Source: a virus
IMG/VR virus record: IMGVR_UViG_3300029982_000012
Strand: one strand, 5' to 3'
DNA length: 64,000 nt
This document shows, one piece after another, positions 9,054-18,399 of this stretch. Position 1 is the stretch's first letter. Every line of letters starts with the position of its first letter. The notes beneath the pieces were generated by a model. It saw only the letters and a program-made list of their open reading frames with translations, was not told the DNA's origin and searched no databases. Both the position numbers and the translations under genes were made by a program.

Positions 9054-10010
9054 TTAGTCCGTTCCAAGGTCATCTTCCGAAATGTTTACCATATCGACAC
9101 TAATGGACCCAGGGCCTGGTTTAATTGAATCCAGGGGCTCTTGGACTGCCCTATTTGGGGTTTTCGATTGGGATTGATTCTTGGGATCAGGTCTATTTTG
9201 AGAGTGGTAGACATACTCGCGTTGAATTATAGCGTAATAGGCCATTCTTTCGGGAACCCTAACGCCACCTTCAGTTACGTTACTCATTCTAACTTCTTTA
9301 GGGATTTCAACTACATAGTGGTATGCTTTATACAAATATCTTATTGAATAGACATTCCCTTTACCTGTTTTTGGATCAAAACCTGGATTCTTACCGCCAT
9401 CCATCCAATTAATACTACCATCACTACTTACGCAGTAATCAAGTCCTTGAGAATATTGATTATTTTTACTATCTATAATCGGAACTTCAAGTTGAATAAT
9501 TGGGAACATGGGGACATTTGGTCCAACTTCATATGTCATTTTTTGATAGTACGATACGCTTACATTGGCAACAGGATCAGAAACATAAAGCCTATCTCCA
9601 GGAGCTAAATATATCCTATTTCCATCATCGACTGGGGCTCCATTAACCTGCACTCCTACAGATTTCGCTTTATTGTAAAATCTTGGTAAAATTAATCTAC
9701 TAACGGATGGATCTACTATGCCGCCATCGGTTCTTGTTTTTTTAGTATCGTTTTCTACTTCACAAGCAGTAAATACCCCAGCACAAAAGTAAAGCATTCC
9801 ATTTGATGTCAATACATCAAGTCCATCACGTCTATAATCGCCACGATCCTTTAGGCCAATAGGAGAAGGCATAGCTTTCCAATGACTGTAGTCAATTCCT
9901 TGTCCTGTGACAAAGGCATCGTCGCTTATTAAACTGAATGAGGTTTCAACTAGAGGGCACCACGCATTGATGGCCTGAAGTTCTTCCCCTTTTGGGGTTC
10001 TATTGCTCAT
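9054..10010 (-). CDS. Probable neck/head closure protein
   Basis: Synteny downstream of capsid and adaptor; size and pattern resemble Twort-like neck proteins. Confidence 0.5.
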   Translation of the reverse strand: MSNRTPKGEELQAINAWCPLVETSFSLISDDAFVTGQGIDYSHWKAMPSPIGLKDRGDYRRDGLDVLTSNGMLYFCAGVFTACEVENDTKKTRTDGGIVDPSVSRLILPRFYNKAKSVGVQVNGAPVDDGNRIYLAPGDRLYVSDPVANVSVSYYQKMTYEVGPNVPMFPIIQLEVPIIDSKNNQYSQGLDYCVSSDGSINWMDGGKNPGFDPKTGKGNVYSIRYLYKAYHYVVEIPKEVRMSNVTEGGVRVPERMAYYAIIQREYVYHSQNRPDPKNQSQSKTPNRAVQEPLDSIKPGPGSISVDMVNISEDDLGTD

Positions 10011-10362
10011 TTACTTTCCTTAACAAGCCGTTACTTATTTCTTCTAATTTCTTATCTGTTTTGTCGTACATATTAACTAAATTTTTAACTATCTCATTTA
10101 CTTCGAAATTTTGTTTTATTTTTTCTAGATGTCTTTCCATCTTAAAACCTTCTAGATTATTATTTGCTTTAAACTTAAAGTCCAATTTGCAACTAGTTCC
10201 ACTACTGCAAAGCCTGTCCAATTCTTTTAAGAAAAATGGAATTTTAGAATCCATAGGGCTATAACTTACAAAAACCTCTTTAGCGCCAACGATCTGGCGT
10301 TCCAAAGGCTCATTTGGATCAAATTCATGTTCGTGATCACTACAAATAATTTTAACGCACAT
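10000..10362 (-). CDS. Hypothetical protein
   Basis: Tightly coupled ORF in the late operon. Confidence 0.65.
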   Translation of the reverse strand: MCVKIICSDHEHEFDPNEPLERQIVGAKEVFVSYSPMDSKIPFFLKELDRLCSSGTSCKLDFKFKANNNLEGFKMERHLEKIKQNFEVNEIVKNLVNMYDKTDKKLEEISNGLLRKVNEQ

Positions 10363-10363
10363 A

Positions 10364-10858
10364 TTATAAGACCTTTACACCTTTCAACCCAGAACCTAGG
10401 GCTTTTTCGCTAACTGCGCCACTGATACCAGAAACGAACTCTTTTGGCAGCTTGTAAGCATCAATTACAAGTTGGTTATTTTTAATAGAAGAATTTATAG
10501 TAGCGACCTTAATGTTTAGTTTGGTAACATAAAAATCTACGCTATTACCTTCTTGTACAGAATAAATATCGTGTCCAGATTTACGGAGATCTTCTGTTAA
10601 AAAATGAGAATGACTTTCAGCGCTGAATTTCAAGCCTTCACTTTTCATAATTGGTGGATGATAGTTTGGAAATTTTTGTTCGATTGAATAGCAGAGAATC
10701 GCACGGTGAGAAGCCGCCCCAAGCACAGTATCTTGACCTTTATGGTCGGTCACTGTAGCTAAATTTAAGCCACCTTTAGTACACACCAATTTTACTTGAT
10801 TGCCGTCGATTGTTCCAAATGGTTCTGTAGAGGAGATATCATTTTCTGAGATTTTCAT
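10364..10858 (-). CDS. Hypothetical protein with central IMKSE motif (start revised to ATG 10858)
   Basis: ATG lies just after the upstream gene's stop; two halves separated by IMKSE. Confidence 0.6.
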   Translation of the reverse strand: MKISENDISSTEPFGTIDGNQVKLVCTKGGLNLATVTDHKGQDTVLGAASHRAILCYSIEQKFPNYHPPIMKSEGLKFSAESHSHFLTEDLRKSGHDIYSVQEGNSVDFYVTKLNIKVATINSSIKNNQLVIDAYKLPKEFVSGISGAVSEKALGSGLKGVKVL

Positions 10859-10859
10859 A

Positions 10860-11984
10860 TTACTTTTCCTTACTGTACGCATCTCTAATCTTTTTGACAT
10901 AGGGATGATTTGAAATAGAATTTGCATTGTTCTTCTTGGTACCAGTTATACCTTGATTCCAAGCAAAAGCCGTTTGATCGGGGTTATTTTTAAAATTGTG
11001 CTCTATGTGGGCTAGATGACGATCTGCTATTATTTCTTCAAGACCTTTGTTATCCTGCATAAATCTGTGCAATTGAGGACCCTTTAATGTCAGGGCCTTC
11101 CCATATTTTGCTTGAAGGTCCTTGTGTCCCTTAATAGTATCTGTAATGGTGTTAGGCATTAAAGCCCATTTACCATAAGCCTGACCTTGAGAAGTAGGAG
11201 CGTGGTTTGTATTTTTCCCACCACTTGATTCTACTTGCATGATAGCATTTAGCATTTTTTTGTGATCGTAATTATTTTGATGGGCTTGCATGTCGGGAGA
11301 ATTTTTGATATTCGAAGTATGATTAGTGCCTCCAGCTAGCGCTGCTGCCATGCCCAATCCTATACCGACATTTTTTAGTGCGCCTTTTTCTAGGACTTGT
11401 TCGGACTTATTGACGGATAATTTTGCGGTATAGTCGCTCTGATCAGGAAATTGGGGTTCAGCACTATCTGATTGATGATGGTAGGTTTTTAGCCTCTTAG
11501 GACCCTTTTTCAATTCTGCATTACCAAATTCAATTCCTGCTTCCTTTGCGGTTTTAGCGCCAGAGGATTTAATTTTGTCATGCATATCTTTAGGAACACT
11601 GATATGGGGTGCCCATTCACGTTGTTCAGGAAGTCCCATATGTGCAAATTTACCATGATGCTCTTTCATTTTCTCTGCAGAATTACCTTTTAATGTAATG
11701 ACAAAAACATCCGATCCATTACGATCTTTAAATTGGTTTGGTTCTATCTGAGTATTTTTTGCATCAGGAGGATTCAATGGAAGGTGTTTGGCCATGTTAT
11801 GAATTTCGTGAGCGTGATCTTTATTTGCGTCGAATTCTTTGATGGTAGAATGGTATGGGATACCATTATCTGACCTACAATCTTGACCATTAATCTTTAC
11901 TGGATATAGTAAAATCAACCCTTTATTGGCTTGTTCAGCATATTGGGCAGGATTTTCAGATTTATTTATTAAATTACATTCCAT
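10860..11984 (-). CDS. Fusion protein: 2H phosphoesterase (Acb1-like) + hydrophobic segment + lytic transglycosylase/lysozyme-like domain
   Basis: Two H-x-T/S motifs (PYHSTI, APHISV) 82 aa apart; C-terminal AIMQVESSGG...AYGKWALMPNT...AFAWNQG SLT pattern; INKSE, VNKSE and LEKGA at the domain boundaries. Confidence 0.75.
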   Translation of the reverse strand: MECNLINKSENPAQYAEQANKGLILLYPVKINGQDCRSDNGIPYHSTIKEFDANKDHAHEIHNMAKHLPLNPPDAKNTQIEPNQFKDRNGSDVFVITLKGNSAEKMKEHHGKFAHMGLPEQREWAPHISVPKDMHDKIKSSGAKTAKEAGIEFGNAELKKGPKRLKTYHHQSDSAEPQFPDQSDYTAKLSVNKSEQVLEKGALKNVGIGLGMAAALAGGTNHTSNIKNSPDMQAHQNNYDHKKMLNAIMQVESSGGKNTNHAPTSQGQAYGKWALMPNTITDTIKGHKDLQAKYGKALTLKGPQLHRFMQDNKGLEEIIADRHLAHIEHNFKNNPDQTAFAWNQGITGTKKNNANSISNHPYVKKIRDAYSKEK

Positions 11985-11988
11985 AAAA

Positions 11989-12924
11989 TTAAATATTCGA
12001 TACCAAGAATTTAGTTGCAAAAGTAGCTTTTACTTTACCAACCAATTCCATTTTTTTCTTTTCTAATTGTTCGATGTAAGGAAGGTACATTCTAGGGCCA
12101 GGTCCAGAAGATGATTGGCTGATACCATCCCTACTCAATGACTGACTTGTAGTCAGAAACAGATTAGTGATCACAGAGAGCATATTAATGGCAGCAATGG
12201 TTCCCACTAAATCATTGATCACTGTAGGAAACTGACCTTCAATTTTTGAAACACCGGTCTGATAAACAATTTGCCAAAATCCAGGAACAAAAGTAAGTGA
12301 ACTAAAAACATTCAAATACGGAATACCACCGTAAGCACCAACTCCGCCGCCACTAGCAACAGAGTAGGCACCTAGAATTGGTACTACGTTAACAATACCT
12401 TTAGCAAAGTTACTAGGCTCAAGCCATTCAGGTGGAATTTTAAAAACCGCATACCCATCACTACTAACAATTTGAACGCTTTGTACAGCCAAGATAGGAT
12501 TTTGTTCTGTTTTTAAATAAATGAAACTTTTGTAGAGAGCGATATCGAATGGGACCTTATCAGTAAACTGTTCTCTGCTTAAAGTAATCTTACAAAGCAT
12601 TTCGACTTCATTAATAGCCAGACCAATTTGGTCTTTAACGTCTTCAGCACTGTAAGAATCACCATTTGGAAATGCCAAGGGAATCCCTTTGAGATAACGA
12701 GAAATCAATAATTGTGGAGTAAGAATAGGCTCACATCTACTCAATAGACCAGACGATTTACTCATGTGGACTGGATATGCAGCAGAATAGAATTGCTTAT
12801 CCTTATCGAAATTCGGAGGTTGAGGAGTGCCGTCTAATGGACCAGATGTAGGTTTAGGAACCGGCTCATAAGGAGCTTGTTGTTCTACATATGGTGGTCC
12901 TGGCTTAAATGGAGGATTACTCAT
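11989..12924 (-). CDS. Head-tail adaptor/neck protein
   Basis: SQSLSRDGISQSSS motif near the C-terminus, as in Twort-like adaptors; synteny. Confidence 0.65.
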   Translation of the reverse strand: MSNPPFKPGPPYVEQQAPYEPVPKPTSGPLDGTPQPPNFDKDKQFYSAAYPVHMSKSSGLLSRCEPILTPQLLISRYLKGIPLAFPNGDSYSAEDVKDQIGLAINEVEMLCKITLSREQFTDKVPFDIALYKSFIYLKTEQNPILAVQSVQIVSSDGYAVFKIPPEWLEPSNFAKGIVNVVPILGAYSVASGGGVGAYGGIPYLNVFSSLTFVPGFWQIVYQTGVSKIEGQFPTVINDLVGTIAAINMLSVITNLFLTTSQSLSRDGISQSSSGPGPRMYLPYIEQLEKKKMELVGKVKATFATKFLVSNI

Positions 12925-13397
12925 TAGCAACATCCCTGATTGGTTTGTTCAACCGCTAACATATTTGTAACGGTCCAAGTCCAAGTATTTATGCCTTGAG
13001 TTAAAGTAAAGATAACGTTTCCGCTAGAAGGTCCATACCCAACATTTGCATATCCTGGAATATTAAAAGACCAAACAGAAGCATCATTGGGATCGGGGGT
13101 GCCTGTATAAGTAAGTGTTTTTCCAATGCTTAAACTAGGAAAAGTAATAGTCATGCTGATTGGCTGATTGCTCGTACCCACTCCTGCAATATATCGTTGG
13201 GGATAGTTTTGAATAGCAGCATTGAAGAAACCGCCATTTAGAGCAGAAAATGGAGCTTGGGTACTAGTAATATTATCTAAGTCAAATAGTTGATAATAAA
13301 GGGTATTCGGATCCGATGCCCTTATTGTCCACTGACTTGTTTCTTGGAAGTCATTGATATTGCTAAAGTTTATAATTGGTACGGAGGTCAATCTCAT
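12924..13397 (-). CDS. Putative structural protein
   Basis: Late motif and GAGG SD upstream; beta-rich. Confidence 0.55.
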   Translation of the reverse strand: MRLTSVPIINFSNINDFQETSQWTIRASDPNTLYYQLFDLDNITSTQAPFSALNGGFFNAAIQNYPQRYIAGVGTSNQPISMTITFPSLSIGKTLTYTGTPDPNDASVWSFNIPGYANVGYGPSSGNVIFTLTQGINTWTWTVTNMLAVEQTNQGCC

Positions 13398-13507
13398 TTT
13401 AAATACCTCAAAAAAAGTAGTTCTCTAACTTATAAGATTGCATAAAAAGCTTGAAAAAGACATTTTTCGTGTTATTATCTATTCTACAATCATAGAAGGA
13501 GATTTAA

Positions 13508-14131
13508 ATGCTTAAAGTAGAATTCGAAGGTACAGATGGCGCAGGAAAGACAACCGGCCTTAAATATTTCATTGAACAGGCCAAGAAACGTGGTTTTTCA
13601 GTAACCGAAACCCGCGAAGTGGGCAATCCGCATATTCCAGCATGTGTGAAAATGCGGGAATTAGTTCTTGACCCAAATAGTAACCTAAGCGGCGAAGCAA
13701 TGGAGCTTGTTTTTTCCGCAATGCGATTCGAAAATGATCGATGGTTAAAAACGGTAAATTCACAGTTAGTCGTATCTGATCGTGGATGGTTGAGTCATCT
13801 TGCCTATACCGATCATAATGTGGACGAAGATTTTACTAAGAATCTTTATGAGCGTTTTGTAGGACTTGAAACCCAGTTACCCGGCGCAGTTATTTATTTT
13901 GATGTTAGTACAGATACAGCCCTTAAGCGTCGCAATAATCGTGGCACTTCCGATGTTATTGAGATGAAAGGTGTACCTTTTCAAGAGAAAGTTCGATCTT
14001 CTTTCGAAAAACATCTTAATCAATATGGACAGTTCATGAAAGTATTTCGAGTTAATGCGAATGGTACTATTGACGAAGTACGACAAGAACTAGACGGTAT
14101 TCTAGATAAGATCGCAACACTACCCCTATAA
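13508..14131 (+). CDS. tmk: Thymidylate kinase
   Basis: FEGTDGAGKTT P-loop, TRE, SDR motifs. Confidence 0.92.
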   Translation: MLKVEFEGTDGAGKTTGLKYFIEQAKKRGFSVTETREVGNPHIPACVKMRELVLDPNSNLSGEAMELVFSAMRFENDRWLKTVNSQLVVSDRGWLSHLAYTDHNVDEDFTKNLYERFVGLETQLPGAVIYFDVSTDTALKRRNNRGTSDVIEMKGVPFQEKVRSSFEKHLNQYGQFMKVFRVNANGTIDEVRQELDGILDKIATLPL

Positions 14132-14659
14132 GACTTTTCTACTTTTATGACGATTTTCGGATCTAGTAATAACTCTTAGATTCCAAGGTACATGAAGACC
14201 TTTTCTGTCTTTGCCCATAACAGGTTCTATATGATCGACTTCATGTGGTATTCCGGTACTTTGTGTTAACTTTGCAGCTTCTATATAAAAAATCTCTATT
14301 TGGGTCCAATGATCTTCTGTCAACCATTTAGGTGTAGCGGCTCTTTTTTGGGCACGTCTCCTAGCAGTCTTTGCGTTAGATTTTCCTGGATTATTTTTCC
14401 TGTATTCCTGATCGTATATTTTTAATTTTTCTTTCCTTCTTAATGTCTGAACTGCACGTTTTTGTGATGCTAACACAGGATCTTTTTCTTTTTTTGCTCT
14501 TCTTCTTAAACGGATCTTTTCTAGGTTTTCTTTTTGCCATTCCCTTGAATCGGAGTTATGACATTTTTTACAGATAGCTCTAAGTCCATCTTTACCAAAT
14601 TTGGCTTTTCCAAAATCTTTGAATTCTTTATTTTCTTTACAAGCAGTACAGGCCTTCAT
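14126..14659 (-). mobile_element. Free-standing HNH homing endonuclease
   Basis: CxxC...CxxC N-terminus; ATPKWLT...HEVDHIEP...GLHVPWNL...N. Confidence 0.88.
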
Positions 14660-14709
14660 ATATATAAGATTATCTCACCCATATACAAAAGTCAATAGAA
14701 AACGAACAC

Positions 14710-14743
14710 AAAAAAGCCCCCATAGAATTAACTATGGAGGCCC
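14710..14743 (-). terminator. Intrinsic terminator after the major capsid gene
   Basis: Minus strand GGGCCTCCATAG-TTAATT-CTATGGGGGC-TTTTTT. Confidence 0.85.
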
Positions 14744-14766
14744 TTTAAATCAATGATGTTTAAGTC

Positions 14767-16170
14767 TTAGGTGAAAAGTTGTCCTTGAAGATTTTCAACG
14801 ATAGCGTTCTTACGTGGAGCTTCTACTGCGAGAGTAGTCCAACGATAGAAAGCGTTATTGATTGACAATTGACTAATACCTAATTGGATTTTTTTGAATC
14901 CGCTTAGCTCACCTAAATGCATCGTGTCTTTTTGAATCAAGAAACCGGTTAAAGCACCTGGAGCCAAGTTACCAAGGTCGGTGAAAGTAGCACCGCTTGG
15001 AAGAGCAAGAATATTACCGATAAAGAGTGGTCCTGGAGCAACGTTTGCAGCCACACCAGCAGCAGTACGATAAACGCGGTAGTAAAGAGCACCGGCAACT
15101 GCACCGATAGCAACTGATACTTTATTTCCAGCGAGAGCAGGAGTAACAGTTGTTACAGCAGAAGTTGGGCCTTCGCCGAAAGCGTTAACTGCAGCAGCTT
15201 GGTAGCTATAAGCAGCAGCTTGGAGGAGTGATCCAGCAGCGCCACCGTCAGTAGCAGTTGCTGTTGGAGCAGCAGGAGCGCCTACGATAGATTGGTTGAT
15301 AGGGCTAATTTGCTTACGCAAGTACTGAGACATTTCCATGGTGATTGCACCGCTAGAAGTCCATTGAGTACGTAAGTGAGAACCAGTAGCTTCTTGTGGG
15401 CTACCAGCAAGAACGATACGTTCTTTAGCTTGGCTAATTTTGTTGTAAGCAGAGAGAGAAGAAGGATCAAGCATAAGTTTGTCAGCGCGACCCATGTTAA
15501 GGGCAGAACGAACTGAAATATCTTCAATCAATGATTGGGTGAGGGCTGCGCCACCTGCAGAGAACACTACAGTTGCACTTGAACCGTATGATGCGAACAT
15601 GAGATCTTGTCCATTGCGCTCATAGTCAGAAGCACGAACTTGAAGATCAACACCGCGCATATTTGGCAATGCAGGTACTAACGCTGGGTTACCATCGAAA
15701 ACACCTTGGTTAGAGAAATCTGAGTTACCTGCGAAAAGGTCGAACTCGATATCTTGAGCCAAGTTAAGAGCTGCGTCTTGTGCTTGGCGCTCTTCAGCAG
15801 AAACTTTATCGAAAGTTTCAACTGCGTTAGCTACCAGTGAATGCTCACGAGTATCAACGTAGTAAGCCATTGGAATTACGAGACGAGCTGCTTGACCAGT
15901 CTTTTTGGCTCCGAGCATACCTTCGTATGCAGCAGATCCACCGAAACGACCTACAGACAACTTGCGGTTGTACTGATAAAGGTTGCTTTTTGCAGGACGA
16001 CTGTCCAACATTTTTTGCAATTTGATGGTTTCTTCAGCAGCAGTCACGTTTACCATAACTGGCGCTAAATCTTCGATTTGGTAAGCTGCACCTTGTACTA
16101 AAGTACTAGGGGCTGCATTATAACTGCCTGCTTCCAATGCTTTCATGAGGCCCTGAAGTTGTTCTAACAT
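14767..16170 (-). CDS. Major capsid protein (Herelleviridae-like, with inserted Ig/FN3-like domain)
   Basis: N-terminal K|ALEAG...GAAYQIEDL; YSYQAAAVNAFGEG...YYRVYRT insert; strong SD, biased codons, terminator downstream. Confidence 0.92.
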   Translation of the reverse strand: MLEQLQGLMKALEAGSYNAAPSTLVQGAAYQIEDLAPVMVNVTAAEETIKLQKMLDSRPAKSNLYQYNRKLSVGRFGGSAAYEGMLGAKKTGQAARLVIPMAYYVDTREHSLVANAVETFDKVSAEERQAQDAALNLAQDIEFDLFAGNSDFSNQGVFDGNPALVPALPNMRGVDLQVRASDYERNGQDLMFASYGSSATVVFSAGGAALTQSLIEDISVRSALNMGRADKLMLDPSSLSAYNKISQAKERIVLAGSPQEATGSHLRTQWTSSGAITMEMSQYLRKQISPINQSIVGAPAAPTATATDGGAAGSLLQAAAYSYQAAAVNAFGEGPTSAVTTVTPALAGNKVSVAIGAVAGALYYRVYRTAAGVAANVAPGPLFIGNILALPSGATFTDLGNLAPGALTGFLIQKDTMHLGELSGFKKIQLGISQLSINNAFYRWTTLAVEAPRKNAIVENLQGQLFT

Positions 16171-16205
16171 TTTGTTTCTCCTTGTTTCCTAAATTTTACC
16201 CCTGC

Positions 16206-17204
16206 TTACTTAAGCAGATGGCTAACCTTTTCAATGTTTTTTGTAAAGTAGTAGCTGTTAATGGCATCTCTATCTGACTTAGAAAGAGACTGATCTTTCG
16301 CTTTAGCTAGAAGCTTGGAATCAATTTCACTCTTAGAAAGTGGCTTTTCCTTCGTCATGCTTTCGGTTTTAGCGATAACATCCAACGAAGTGATTGCTTT
16401 TCCTGCAGGAGCCGCTTTCTTTACAAATTCTTTTAAGAAAGTTTCTACTGCGTCTAAGTTCTTTTTAGTGGCTTCCGCTTCAGCTTTAGCAGCCTGAAGT
16501 TCTGATTTTAAAATCTGAACTTCTTTAACTGAAGTGGTGTCAACTTCTAGAAATTTTTCAGATTTCTCTAAAGCTTGAGTTCCGCTTGCAGGAGCCGTTT
16601 TTTTGCTAGTTGCTTCACCATCATGAGGACCACCATTAGGGCGATATTCGCCTTCTTTGCTGTCTTCCATTTCGGCTTTTGCCATTTCATTTTCGCTCAT
16701 CGACATAGCCATTCCGTCCATACATTTACGGATACAATCGTGGTGAGCCTTTAATTCAGATCTAGGCATTGAGCTATACATAGAATGCATATGCGCCATG
16801 TCTTCATCGTCGTAACCATGATCTTCACCTTGAGCAGGATTCGCACCAGCTTGTTGTTGATGTTGATCTTTAATGCCTTTATCTGCGTGGCTTTCGCCTT
16901 CCATCGGTTTTCCAGATTTATCCGCAGAAGCTTCTTTTTTGGCATCATTGCCTTCTTGCTTTTGATCTGCAGAAGCATTGCGGTTATCGTCTGATTTTCC
17001 GCCTTCTTTATTTTCACTAGCGCTAGTTTTTTCGTCTTTAGCGCTATTTTTCTTGTCATCGGCCATGCCGTTGATTTTCTTGTCTTTAGGCTGCTCGTCT
17101 TCGTTTTTGGATAAACCCAAAGACTGTTCAGCTTTAGCTAAATGAGATGTAAATTCTTTCGTTACATCCTCAATTAGGCTGCTAAGTTCTTTTTCAGTAT
17201 ACAT
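16206..17204 (-). CDS. Capsid scaffold protein
   Basis: Immediately upstream of the capsid gene; charged/coiled coil; about 8 L/M/I-x-K-S/A/T/N-E/D motifs. Confidence 0.8.
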   Translation of the reverse strand: MYTEKELSSLIEDVTKEFTSHLAKAEQSLGLSKNEDEQPKDKKINGMADDKKNSAKDEKTSASENKEGGKSDDNRNASADQKQEGNDAKKEASADKSGKPMEGESHADKGIKDQHQQQAGANPAQGEDHGYDDEDMAHMHSMYSSMPRSELKAHHDCIRKCMDGMAMSMSENEMAKAEMEDSKEGEYRPNGGPHDGEATSKKTAPASGTQALEKSEKFLEVDTTSVKEVQILKSELQAAKAEAEATKKNLDAVETFLKEFVKKAAPAGKAITSLDVIAKTESMTKEKPLSKSEIDSKLLAKAKDQSLSKSDRDAINSYYFTKNIEKVSHLLK

Positions 17205-17234
17205 AGTTGTAGTCTCCTCTTTCTATGTCTACTA

Positions 17235-17702
17235 TTAGGTGTTACCTTTGAAGCCCCAGTCAAGGTCCTTAATAGTTTGAACAGGAGAAGCTGCATTCAC
17301 AGCCGCTTCCGTAACAGCAGTTCCGTTAGCAATAGCATATTCAGAAACAACGCAACCAGTGCGAGCGATCTCGAATAAACAAGTTGAAAAATCTGCAGTA
17401 GAAGGAATTGGAGCACCAGCACCGTTTAATTCGTAAGCTACTTGAGCGAGGGTTGGAGTGAATGGGAGGGTTGAATTTCCGAAAATGTCTTTAGCACCAA
17501 CATCGATGTTCATCAAACGAATCCAAACTACTGGATTACTTTCAGTAGCAACTCCGTTATGGGAAGCGATGATGATAGGGTATCCGTTTTCATCTTGTGA
17601 TTGGGCGATAGTATTGATCGTTGAGCTATTGCTGAAACGAAGGGAAAGGCGGTCTGCTAAGTCTCTTGCGATGCCAACACTGTGATCGACTGAATAGAGC
17701 AT
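17235..17702 (-). CDS. Putative abundant head protein (decoration?)
   Basis: First gene of the scaffold-capsid operon; strong SD; codon bias like the capsid gene. Confidence 0.55.
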   Translation of the reverse strand: MLYSVDHSVGIARDLADRLSLRFSNSSTINTIAQSQDENGYPIIIASHNGVATESNPVVWIRLMNIDVGAKDIFGNSTLPFTPTLAQVAYELNGAGAPIPSTADFSTCLFEIARTGCVVSEYAIANGTAVTEAAVNAASPVQTIKDLDWGFKGNT

Positions 17703-17838
17703 GGTATGTTCTCCTTAAAAATTTTGTCCTTAGACATATAAGCCATTTAAATGGCCAACTAGTTGTTTACATAGATAAGTATTAGGTCATTTTAAAATAA
17801 TTCAATAAAATCAACGATATAACATGTAACACTACTAC

Positions 17839-17868
17839 TTGCATTTTGGGTATTGATCATGCTATAAT
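17839..17868 (+). promoter_or_regulatory. Sigma70-type promoter for the HNH gene
   Basis: TTGCAT-N18-TATAAT with TG extension; overlaps a TAATCTTA motif. Confidence 0.55.
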
Positions 17869-17878
17869 CTTATAGTAT

Positions 17879-18379
17879 ATGAAAAATTGCACCAATTCCC
17901 TATGTGAACAAGAAAATCCTCAATCTTTTGATAGTTTCTATAAAAAGAAAAACGGGAAATTTGGTCTTTTGGGAAGATGTAAAAAATGTGCCAATAAACA
18001 GACAGATGCTTGGGTTGCTAAAAACAAACAAAAGAAACGCGAATCCGCAAAAAGATGGATAGATGGAAATAAAGAAAAGCACTTAAAAAATAGCAGAAAT
18101 TGGTCCAAAAACAACCCAGGCAAAAGAAATGCGCAAACCATGAGACGAATTGCCGCCAAGAAACAAGCCACACCACCATGGCTAACACATGAACAACATA
18201 AGGAAATAGAAATTATTTACATTAAGTCCTCTACCCTAACACAAGAAACGGGAATACCCCATGAAGTCGATCATATACTTCCTTTACAGGGTAAAGAAGT
18301 ACGAGGTCTACACGTACCTTGGAATCTTCAAATAGTGACCAGATCTACAAACAGAAAGAAAAATAATGCCATAATATAA
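17879..18379 (+). mobile_element. Free-standing HNH homing endonuclease, paralog of 14126..14659
   Basis: ATPPWLT...TGIPHEVDHILP...GLHVPWNL. Confidence 0.88.
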
Positions 18380-18399
18380 ATGGCTCAATCTTAAGGTAT

